Of a stretch of DNA of 64,000 nt, positions 43,301-54,660 are shown one piece after another. The first letter of the stretch is position 1. Each line of letters opens with the position of its first letter. A model generated the notes under the pieces. The model made no database searches and was not told where the DNA came from. It saw only the letters and a list, made by a program, of their open reading frames with translations. The stretch lies in contig OZ024752.1 of NCBI GenBank assembly GCA_964016885.1, forward strand, positions 620,001 through 684,000. Reading direction: 5' to 3'. Origin of the DNA: Eledone cirrhosa. Taxonomy: Eukaryota. The position numbers were made by a program, and so were the translations under genes.

Positions 43301-43898
43301 GTGATCGGTGAGGTGTTTGCGTTGTGGTGTTTGTTATTGCGTTGTGGTGTTTGTTATTGCGTGTAGTCGTTGTTATGATAGATTTGTGCTCTATTGTTAG
43401 ATTTCGTAATTTCTGTAGAGGTTTGTATGGTGGTTGCAGTTATAATAGTGGTTGCTGTAGTCGTTATGCTGGCAACAATGGTGATTGTTGTGGTATGGTT
43501 ATGTTGATTACTGTTTAGATTTATGGAGATGGATTGTGTACAGAAATATTGTTGTAATACTATTGCCCATTAATGTCATAATACATAGATGATACCATCC
43601 ATTATATTATCACGACAATAATCTTCCCCATACGCGTGCTTCCTCCATTGTCGTTCCAGCCGAGACAATTATTTTTATATAGATAACATCGTCTGTAAAA
43701 TTCTCCCCCAGCTGGCTTCACTTACTCGAAATGACAACGCACATATACATCCACATATCCACACACACAAATATGTATGTATGTATGTATATATGTATAT
43801 ATATATATATATATATATACATATCAATGAAACGACAAAAGAGAGGTACAAAAAGACTTATTAGTTTCACGCTTTATATGTAAAAGGGCAAAGAAGGT

Positions 43899-43930
43899 TC
43901 GACGTGTCGGGCGTTAGCCCTTCTTCAGGA
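43899..43930 (-). ncRNA. Degenerate minimal hammerhead motif
   Basis: tc-CTGAAGAA-GGGC(taac)GCCC-GAcA-CG-TC-ga. The GAAA core is mutated to GACA. Confidence 0.5.
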
Positions 43931-44129
43931 GTACAAAAATAGATACAGGATAACAAACGAAGGAAACGGGGGAAAAATATATGTGCGCGCGTGTGTGTGT
44001 GTGTGATGCAAATTGCATGGCACTGTGTTCACTATTGCAGTATGAATAAGGACATTGTCAAAGAAACATTTGTAAGACATGACTCTGTTACACTCATCGA
44101 CGCTCAGATGAAAAAAAAACATGGAAATA

Positions 44130-45140
44130 TTATTATGAAAGGTCAGTGGGAAGGAGGGATTGCTCTTCTCACAAAAGAATAAAGAGGGACCAGCTATTCA
44201 TATCAATAGTTATTTGATTAAAGATATGAACAGTGCAAAATGCACTGGGCCACCTGAGACTAGCAGAAATGCTGCAAACATTTGGCGAAGCAGGATTTGA
44301 ACTAATCTCTCTCGTAGTTAACCAGGTAATATGTGATGGTGTCACACTTGATGAATCACTTAATATTATCATCATTAATGTCTACAAAGGAACATGCTCT
44401 AGAAAGGAACATTTTAATAATCATCAAAATCATAGAACAAGTTATGAAAATAAGAGAGAGTTTTAGCACCACTGGTTAGGTATAGAATTAGATAATATGA
44501 AATGCAGTTTGAATTTGTAACATGACATAATAGAATCGATACCCTCTTCCTGGTGAGACAACTACAGGTGAAATTCTGAGCTAAGAACAAGTCACACTAC
44601 TTAGCTTTCGTTGAACTGGAAATCAGAAAGAATACCAAGAAATCTAAGTGTTGATGAATGGATTGTGAGATCAGTGTAAGCTATGTACAGAGATGCTGTC
44701 AGTAAAATGGCAATGTATTTAGTGAAATATTTGTTGTGGAAATAGGTATGCATCAGAGCTCTGTCTTTACCCCATTCTTTTTATTATAATGCTCCAGGTT
44801 ATTATAGAGGTATTTAAGACTAGTTGTTTATGAAAACTTATGTATGCTGATAATCTGGTTCTTTTAGCAGGATCTATGTTTGATCTAGAGAAACAATGTG
44901 TGTTGAGAAGGAAAAGCCCAGAACCAAGAGAACTCAGAGTAAACTTGGCAACGACGAAAGTTGGAAAGAATACGAAACCATGACAGTAAGGGACATGGTT
45001 GTTCTCGATATGTAGAAAATGAATAGATAGGAATTGTATACGATGTACCTAATGTAAAATGTGATTACTCAAGAAGTGTAGTGGGATCGCAGACAGACTA
45101 AAGGAAACGATAGACTTTGTGTGTGAAAGATGCACCCAGA
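44130..45140 (+). mobile_element. Decayed RTE-type LINE reverse transcriptase
   Basis: Broken frames give LAEMLQTFGEAG, INVYKG, EMQFEF, FLVRQLQ, LAFVELE, GMHQSSVFTPFFFII, LMYADNLVL and LRVNLATTKV, followed by a Cys-rich segment. Confidence 0.8.
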
Positions 45141-45287
45141 TAGTTAGTAGCCTTTCCCTTGGTCAACATCGGTGACGTGAAGAGGGGAGATTGGTATGCC
45201 TAAGCCAATGCTGGTCTTCCACAAACAACTTTACCTCGAAGGGCAACTTTCTGGGTGCAAATCCCATGGTCATTCGCGACTGAAGAG

Positions 45288-45435
<148 letters not shown>

Positions 45436-45787
45436 TCTCCTATATGTAGAGAACAAAACGTTGCATTGCGCTGGTATTTTTAGCGGCATGATCAACAAGT
45501 TTATAATATCCCGCTTTTACTTATGGCCTATTTTTGTGTGTGGGTCACTTTAACGGCCTGACCCCATGCAATGGGCAGGAAGCGATATATTCTCTTACTG
45601 TGAGGATTTATACCCTTATAGTACAGAAATAGCTGTTTGAAGATCTAATTCTTACCATTGGAAATTTTCTGAATTTCCAATCTTTTGATTAGTGAAACCG
45701 TCGGTAACGGCAATAGAACAGGTGAATATTTAAATCGTTTTATAATTTATTTAAAAGATTGTTTGATGATTACTTGTTCCGCTCATT

Positions 45788-45824
<37 letters not shown>

Positions 45825-46343
45825 CTTTCTACAATGAATTGAAATGGTGTTGTTAGCGTCGTCGCTGTCATTGTTGTTGTTGTCGATGTTGTAGTTTTAT
45901 TTGTGTGATTTGCGTTTTTGCGATGTAAATAAGCTAAAACCACTGAGAAAGTATTTGAGTGTAGGAGTGGAATAAGAAGGGAGAAAATGCTTAAAATACT
46001 CGAAGATAACAAACCGAGTGGTTGCTTTCTAGCTGTGCTGCTGATAAAGGAAGTAATCCTGGTTGTGACTGGGTGCAAGGGGTGGGTGGAGAGTGAGAGG
46101 AGAGAATACAGCATCTAAATGCATATGATGAAAAAGATATACATGACTTCTCTCCCCGTTTCATTTTCTCCTCCCCCACTTCTCTCTTCTGCCACCTCCT
46201 TCGCTTCCGTAATCCATCTCCTCCCCTCCCCAATCTCTCCCCTCTCGTTTCACCCTCCCCCCACTTCTAGTTTCTTTTAGAAAATGAGCTAATAAAATAT
46301 GGTGTTATCCAACCTAAACACGCTCACACAGTAACACATACAC

Positions 46344-46403
<60 letters not shown>

Positions 46404-46924
46404 GCTCAGACATACAACAGTAACAACAAAGATGATAGCGACAAGTACAATATCAACAACAAAAACTCAAAAGATACATCAACTGGAATGGAAAAGTCGT
46501 CTGAATTTCGAGAAAGAATATGAAAGTTATTTTACAGAAAAACAATTCATATGAAATATTTTTTGTAATTTAGTTATTTCAGTATATTCTTTATTTTTGT
46601 TTAATTTTATTCTGGTCTTCTTTTTACCATCATTGTTTCTTTTTTCTGAAGAACATTCTAGAAACAATTGAAGCTTGCAATTCTGTTACAATACATACAG
46701 ACACATTTATCTACAACCTTCTTCATAAGGAGGCTCTTTCATTCCACATACAGACGAGAGTTTCATTTCAAAATTATACGTTTTTACATCCGTAGACATT
46801 TATGTAAAGCTACTGCTATAGTAATAAGAATGTTCCACCGAATAAAGAATATATATGTACATTCCTGATGATCTCATACGAATGAAACAGTTCTGGTCCT
46901 GTAGAAATCATTTCTATATTAAAT

Positions 46925-47020
46925 GATTGTTGCTACTTTTGGCACAAGCCAGCAATTACCCCAGTGCATTTCTACACTACTAGTGCTTTATTTTATCAAC
47001 CCCCATAAGAATGAAAAACA
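46925..47020 (-). mobile_element. SINE 3' fragment
   Basis: ttggcacaagccagcaattaccccagtgcatt...tttattttatcaaccccc matches the SINE family. Other partial or diverged copies lie at ~14505-14590 and ~60395-60600. Confidence 0.7.
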
Positions 47021-47023
47021 AAG

Positions 47024-47066
<43 letters not shown>

Positions 47067-49167
47067 CAGAGGTCCAACGAGCTTTTGATTCCAGAGTCGG
47101 GCCAGATCGAACCTTGAGCTGATCAATAGCGAAACGCGCGTCACCAATCAATAAACTTAATGAAGGCTTAACAAATCGACCTTGTATTATATATAGACAT
47201 ATGCATGTATGTATGGTATTGTGATGTATGGTATTGCGATGCATGGTATGGCTGGTTGTGGACAAGTCGCTAGCTGGGCTAAAAAGCCACATCCATGATG
47301 CTCATGTTTAAGTATGAAGCGATAGCTTTACTCGAAATCGACTTGCAGCCATCATGTATGTATGTATGTGTGTGTGTCCGTATATGGTTGGCAGCAGAGA
47401 GAAAAGAGTACTCAGTACCGAAGTAGAGTTTTAATATTCATTTTTATTAAGGTTAAACAGTGAGTCTTGTTACTCTGGAGACAAAAACTATCGTTTCAAT
47501 AGCAGACACAGTATATATAAAGTAAGACTCGCAATTAAATAACCCTCACCCACCTCGAGTCTTTTAAGCCTGTCAGATGGATTTTTACCTGTAATTGAAG
47601 GACCGCCCTTTAATTACAGGTAATTATGACAGTGAATATCTCTGAGAATTACGTGAGGGTTACATATGTCTATGGAATGCTCATAAAATGAAATACTCGA
47701 AATCAGCAAAAGTCCATTCCATGTCACTTCGTGTTATAAATGACATTAAATATTCTTTTATTATTCTGGTCTTCTTTTAGTTTAGAACAATTCCTCAAAA
47801 TTCTCACCTTGCATGATATACAGTTTGTTTATTTAAAGTCGATTTTTATTTCAGAAAATATTTCAGAAATGTTCAAGTATTTGGTAGTTGGTCTCATAAT
47901 GTCAGATTTTCATATTACATACCAAACTATACACTACAAATAAATCTAAACTACTAAACTATATGTGGACACTATATGGGTATTCCTTTTTCTGATGAAC
48001 GCTTTCTAAGACCAGAAACCAGTGAAATCAATCCTACTTTTTCTGCGCCCGATGAGATAAAACCTGTGATTTAATCTACTTGCTTATTTTTCACGATGAG
48101 GTTAAATCCGCATTTATTTTATATAAATGTATATTTTACATATACATTTATGTTATATAAATGTACATTTTACATTTCATATTAATTTTCTTCATCATCA
48201 GTGAGAATTGTTTTCTTCAGACAGATAGGAAAGTTTAAAAGAAAGTAATTATAATAAATAATTATATAACAAAATTAGATAACAACAACAGTAACAACAG
48301 CCATAGAAAATGTGATCTAAATTTATCACATGTTTTTATTGACAAGCTAGAGGATTTAAAATTCCCACGTGTTGTACGTGTTTTGTTATCAAATCGAGCG
48401 AAAACAAAACGAAAGCCAAACAGCCAGAAAATAAGACATTGTAAATATGTACTGAGTGGAAGGGCTTTAAAGAACACTTGTATAGGTCTCTTAGAAGAGA
48501 GGGAGGGAGTAGGTGTCTCAAAAGAGAGGGGTAGGTGTCTGACTAGATGTCTTGCTCAATTAAATGTGAAAAGACAAAGATTAGCAACTTTAATTTCTTG
48601 CTCTATTACCTTCTTGTCCTTTGTTGTTTATATTTTATCAGCATCATCTCAGTTTCTTCATATCTTTGATACTTGGAAAGTTTTGTTTCGTTTATATTCA
48701 AATTCTTTAGGTTAGTTCTACTGCTCCTTCTATGGCTAGCTGTCTAAATATTTCTATGGCTGGTATATGTTATTGTTTTTTACTATGGCTAGTACTGTTG
48801 ATATTCTTTATTTCTATGGTTCTTTTTATTGTTCAAGTCGTTTTTCACTAATATATTCAATCGTATTTTTTCTACATTTGACTCACTTCGTCTCTTCTTC
48901 ATCCTGCACCTCCTCCTCATCATCATCATCATCACCATCAATTTTTCTTCTTCTTCTTAAATCTTCTTTTTTCTTCTTCTTCTTCTTCTTCTTCTTTTTC
49001 TTCTTCTTCTTCTTCTTCTTCTTCTTCTTCTTCGCTCTCGCTCTTTCTCTCTCCTTTCTTCTCTTTTCTTCTCCCGCTACTGGTATTCCTTCGACTCACA
49101 TCTGTCTCTATTCGCCTCTATCTCTTCATCTCCTGCACACGCCCATCCCTAACAGTATATCTATCTA

Positions 49168-49325
49168 CAGGGTGTCTATAAATTATTTACAGGGTTTATT
49201 GGAAAAGGTCGGTAAACAAAGTTTTATTAAAAACATCGAAACACTTCAATATGGGTTCCATTGGTTGAACACAACACCTCAAGGCGATGCTCAATTTCTG
49301 ATGATATACGTTCGTGCATCCCCTC
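49168..49325. mobile_element. Possible Tc1/mariner terminal fragment
   Basis: Begins ta-cagggtgtc, a common Tc1/mariner terminus. No partner TIR was found. Confidence 0.35.
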
Positions 49326-49339
49326 ATTAATGGTGGAGG

Positions 49340-49930
49340 TTGTAAAGATAATTCTCGGAAAGGCCTATGACAGCATTCCACGGAACATGTTGAAATTTCT
49401 ACTGGAGTATGGGATCGATGGACAGCGTCTTGTTGTTTTGAACGCCCTAGTATTGTTTTGATAAATGGTGTTAAGTTTAAACCATTCAATATGTGTGTCG
49501 GACTATGTTAAAGGTGCATTCTTTCACCTTGCCTGTTCATAATCTTCGTTGGAAGGTGATTTCCGACTTGGACTGAATGGGTTTGATGCCGAATGCTGCA
49601 CGACTGGAATGAAAATCAGTGCCGCGAAGACTGAGCAACTGGTCTTCTCAAGGGAGCCTCCACCTTGGAAGATGCATGAGAAAGGAGTTACACTGAAGCA
49701 GTTGGAGAAGTACAAGTATCTTAGAGCCGTGTTCAAGAATGATGGTAGGTAGGAGGCTGAATTAAGTGCAAGAATTGCAGGAGCTGGTGCAGTAATGCGC
49801 CAACTTCAGCACTCGGTCATCAGACGAAGAGAGGTAGATGTAAAAGCCAAACTCACTGTCTTCAATTCAGTGTCCATGCCAGCCCTTCCCTATGGTCTTG
49901 GATCTTGGGTAATAACCAAAAGAATACTTG
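49340..49930 (+). mobile_element. Decayed RTE-type LINE reverse transcriptase
   Basis: LGKAYDSIPR, YGIDG, GMKISAAKTE, LKQLEKYKYL..VFKNDG and KAKLTVFNSVSMPALPYG.GSW, with stops and deletions. Confidence 0.8.
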
Positions 49931-51106
49931 CTAATTGGCCAAGGGGGAGTTTGCCAGAGGAAGTTGGCTAGGGGGATTTAACCAACGGGGGATGTTCCTA
50001 GAACCTTTTTAACTCTACGTTAGGCTATGTATGAAAAACTCCTTTGAATAATTTTTCGAATTTATGGTATAAAGTGCGCCAGAATATTTTTCCTTCGTCA
50101 TCAATGCGCCTTGAGTAAAAGAAAGTTTGAAAACCACTGCTCTAGGCAATCCTGTGCGTGTTGATTGCTTTGGTGACCACAATTCACACAATAATTCATC
50201 CAATTGTTTTGCTTTCAGTGCTACATGGATTCCTGGTTTATTTTTATCAAGTTCCTGGTAGAGTAATTTGGGGTTGATGTGAAACTGATGGGTCTTTTTT
50301 CAAAGAACCCATATTTAACATACTTACGGATTCAAGCTGCCTTAACAAGTATCTGTTGTTTTAGGCGTTCCTTGATTTTAGTAATTTCCCTTTTTCTTAT
50401 ATTATATTTGTTAAGATTTTTATTTCCTTTCCTTTTCTTTGTTGTGTTTCTTTCATATTTCATTTATATTTGAGAGGTTCTTTCTCCTATTTTCTATCTT
50501 CACTGTATGTCTCTCCAGGCTTTGCTATTCTTGTTTTTCTGGATCTAAGGGGGGTACCCACATACTTTTGTAACTACACTGGTTGCTGCGTATATTATGA
50601 CATTTAAAGTTGTGATGCTAACGTTTCTGCTCGTGTTAAGTATATAATGGCCAGGTTAGCGTTGTTAAACACACCCTGGTACCCTGTAGGAGCGATAAAC
50701 ATATGCTCTACCCATCTTATTCAGGAAGATGGACGGTATGGGTCATGATCTCAGGGATCCTACCGAAGCAAATATCAGGTGGATAGTTTTGTCATCCATA
50801 TACAGGTTTTAGACTATTCTTGTCTCAGTTACGAGTGAGTAAATGTCACTAGTGACGGATAAACGCACAGAAACAGCTGTCTGACATCCTCAGCGATAGC
50901 TGTGACTTGATCACAGTTTTAAATAAAATCCATAGTGAAACTCCCGTATGTGTATTATACATAACCATATCGTAAATTCGTTCATATACGCCTCTATGGT
51001 GGGGTTTTATTTGAATATATTTTGCTTAGCACGCGTTATCTATTTTTGGTCTTTGTTTACCGCACTCGGCTGTTTGCCTCCTCCTTTTACACATTATGTC
51101 ATTTTA

Positions 51107-51154
<48 letters not shown>

Positions 51155-51244
51155 CACACACACACGCACGCACACACATACACACACGCGCGCGTAAATG
51201 CACACACATTCACACATATATATATATGTATACATATTTGTGTG

Positions 51245-51318
<74 letters not shown>

Positions 51319-51383
51319 GGATTCAATCGGGGGTAACCACAGTAAGTAAGGTACTCAATACATAGCAGAATATAAATGTTTAA

Positions 51384-51491
51384 TATAGAAATGGCTTCTA
51401 CAGGACTAGAAATGTTTCATTCCAAGGAAATCATCAGGAAAGCCTTCCTGATGAGTTATTTCAAATGAAACTGTTCTAGTCCATTTCTATA
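51384..51491. repeat. Imperfect palindrome of two back-to-back hammerhead-like cores
   Basis: ggactagaa..tgtttcatt....tcatcaggaa-agcc-ttcctgatga....aatgaaac..ttctagtcc. Confidence 0.65.
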
Positions 51492-51599
51492 TATATCACA
51501 GACATGTGATCTCCAGCAGACAACTGGTTGTCCGCCGTCTGTGCTTTCCTTTTGTTTTTAAATACACTTTCAAATAACCACACAGCTCCTTGTTTCTTC

Positions 51600-51636
<37 letters not shown>

Positions 51637-51639
<3 letters not shown>

Positions 51640-54203
51640 GGTGTTCCAAAATCCCACATTTTACACAAAGGTGTGTTTTTCTTAGCTCCCTATGCATTTC
51701 CTCATGCCATTTTGTATATTATCAATTTATAATGTAATTTTGATTATTTCAGACTAATTTAAGTCTTGCCTAATAGTTGCAAATTGGCAGAATAATGGCG
51801 GAAACCAGTGGGCCTAGTTGTAGCTACTCGCTCCGTTGTGATGATCGAGAAATATGGGTTCTGGGGCAATATGTTACATCCTTTTCACCAAACAAAATAC
51901 CAACAAAGGGGGATGTTCTAAGACATTTCTTCACCTGAAAGATGGTCCTATGAAACACGAAAAGCATGTGAGCTTCAATGATGCTATTGCGGATAGGCTT
52001 GTGATGGAAGTAGTTAGTCAGTGGGAAAAAGCTGGTGTGGCGACTCAACGAAAAGACAAAGTGAAACTGAAAATTATGGACATGTACAGTGAATACAGAA
52101 ATTTACAAACAAACAAAGGTTCTAAGTCAAACAAAGAAAAGGAAGCACTATTTATTTCTGAATTGGATTCGTATTTCTACATTGCACATACTGATGCTGA
52201 AAAGAAAATTTTGAAAGACCGTCTTCGTAATAATGAACAGAAAATGGAAGATGCTACATTTCTCGAAGCCCTGCGTTGCCAGAAAAAAGTATCTCTGGGT
52301 GCCGAAGGCAAGGGTTACCAGAAAAAGGTATCTTCAAAGTTTAAGCGTGATCAGGTTTCTGTGACTCGTCGAGAGTCAGAGAACCATAGAAAGCGTTTGT
52401 CAGGAACTCTAGCAGCACAACTTCCACGTAATGAACTGAGTGATTCAAGTTCAACCAATGATGAAACTAAGATGAACAGGATCCTGAATTTCAAGCCTCA
52501 AAGCCACCCTGAGACAGCTCCAAGTCAGACAAGAAACAAAAGTTCCAGCTGGAACTGGAACAATTTGCTGTACCAGACTTTGTTACCTTGCATTGGGATG
52601 GCAAAATAATTCCTGGTGACCACGAGGGGCTAGGTGTGCTAGTTGCTGCAACTCCGGATTTCAGAGAAGGTAAACTCCTCGGTGTTCCCATAATTCCTGA
52701 TGGAACTGGAACCACCCAAGCCAAAGCATCATTTGATCTTGTTAAAGATTGGAATGTCGATGGGTCTGTGGTGGGCTTGGTCTTCGACGCAACTGCTTCG
52801 AATTATGAATGGAAAAATGGTGCCTGCGTGAAGCTAGAAGAGATGCTCAACAAAAAGGTGTTTTATTTTGCTTGTCGGCACCATGTCATGGAGCGTATCT
52901 TGTATGCAGTGTGGCAACAACTATTCGGAGCAATGTCCAGACCAGACACGCCAGAGTTCAAGGAGTTCAAAAAAGATTGGGAGTCACTCACGCACAAGAC
53001 CAACTTTAAAACATTGAACATTGTCGACCGGAGACTCAAGCCTCTGTGTTCTAAGAACATCAAGTTCCTCCAAGATTTGCTGACATCCGACGATGGGAAA
53101 ATGAGTTCTCTTTCACGGGACGACTACCGAGAATGTGCCGAGTTGATGATGATCTTGCTTGGTGTCACCCCTCCTCGTGGAATTCATTGGATGCTGCCTG
53201 ATGCACATTATAACGCTCGGTGGATGTCCACAATCATCTAGAGTGCAAATATGTATGCATTTGGTGAGCGACTCAATTACGATCAAGCTAAAATGGAAAA
53301 GTTGCGCCGGATCTGTATTTTCAATGCTCTGTTCTACGTGCGATACTGGCTGACAGCAGTCAAGTGTGCTGATGCACCAGGCAATGACCTTCAATTCTAC
53401 GTGGAGTTGACACAGTACAGTAAGGTTGACAGAGATCTCTCGCAGGCAGCTACTACTGCTCTGAGCAGGCATCTTTGGTACCTGACGGAGGAAGCCATTC
53501 CGCTAGCGCTGTTTTCAAGTTGGGTCCAAGAGTCCGAGAAGAAACAAATAGCCCAACGTCTTGTCAAAACGAAAACGTCTGGGCCTCTCGACCGTGGTGC
53601 TCCAGTATTTCCCGAGTTGAAGTCGTCCACGAAGCTGCCTCATCTAATTGAGAAGAAATCAAAGCTTCTGTTCGATCTCCTTGGTCTCGACGATACTTGG
53701 CTTGAGCTATCACCTGCAACTTGGTCATCACAAGCGTCATATCAAAATGCCTGTGCTGTTGTTCACAATATCAAGGTATTCAACGATCTGGCGGAGAGGG
53801 CAGTCAAGTTGATAACTGATTTTGTTGCCATCACCAAGAATGAGGAGGAGAAGCAGTGTGTTCTTCAAGTAGTCGAAGTTCATCGTCGCAAGGTCCTGAA
53901 TTTCAAAAAAGAAACTCTGAAAAAAATATGACTGGAGTTAACTTAACTGAACTTGTTTTTTCCTTGTACGCCTTTATATTCAAAGCTGGTTTACTAAATA
54001 ATTATTGTATCGTCATATTTGGTTTCACATGTTCATGATTTCATGCAACATAATCACACTTTCCACTATAATCACCATGATATAGACAAAGCTCAAAATA
54101 ATATTTTATACAAAATATGTTTTATTTTACCAATTGGGGCATTTATAATGGGAAAATACACAGGGAGCGTTATTATTGTTACCTTGCTTTTTATGGCATA
54201 TAT

Positions 54204-54205
<2 letters not shown>
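51637..54205 (+). mobile_element. hATm-like DNA transposon, defective
   Basis: The left end is TAGGGTGTTCC. A subterminal inverted pair gctccctatgcatttcctcat (~51685) / atgggaaaatacacagggagc (~54148) brackets the transposase. Both flanks are (TA)n. No clean right TIR was seen. Confidence 0.7.
51854..53931 (+). pseudogene. DDE transposase (hATm-like) split by a frameshift and an in-frame stop
   Basis: Motifs LHWDGK, LVFDATASN..WKNGAC..LE, ACRHHVME, RDDYRE, H.ARWM, RHLWYL and VFNDLAERAVKL. Frameshift at ~52470-52600 and TAG at 53239-53241. Confidence 0.85.
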
Positions 54206-54237
<32 letters not shown>

Positions 54238-54284
54238 TGTGTGGAGGGTGGTGGTGGGGGGGTAATTATATGGTTATAGATAGA

Positions 54285-54425
54285 TTTCTTTATTAGCCAC
54301 AAGGGCGCAACAAGAAAGGGGACAATACAAAGACATGCCGGGGATTTTACATACAGTCGTGTAAAAAATATAAAAACAAACAATTTCAACAATCGAAATC
54401 CCCAATAGGGGGGAGGCGCCACAAA
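54285..54425 (-). mobile_element. Tx1-like LINE, short 3' UTR copy D
   Basis: tttctttattagccacaagggcgcaacaagaaagggg...ccccaataggggg matches the 3' ends of copies A and C. TAGA repeats on both sides. Confidence 0.8.
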
Positions 54426-54660
54426 TAGATAGATAGATAGATAGATTTCTTTATTTACCATAAAGGCATAAAAAGAAGGGACAAATACAAAGGGGGAGTT
54501 TACTTATAATCGAGTAAAAAGGGTGTAACATGAAAATAATCGAAAATAACCTCAAAAGGGAGGGGACGTGATGGGGGTTGCACACACCCCCGAAAAAGTG
54601 TGCAATCCTTTGCCCGGGGAGCACATGGAGAAGGTGCTCCCCTCTCCTTTACTTCTTTAC

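Noticed and set aside
46690-46900. Possible minus-strand exon after tttctacag with Cys spacing reminiscent of a PAN/apple domain
   Set aside because: All frames hit stops within ~35 codons and no convincing donor was found, so it cannot be supported without transcript data.
47740-48073. Signal-peptide-like MFKYLVVGLIM and a short downstream frame
   Set aside because: The frames are short and stop-interrupted, with no recognisable domain.
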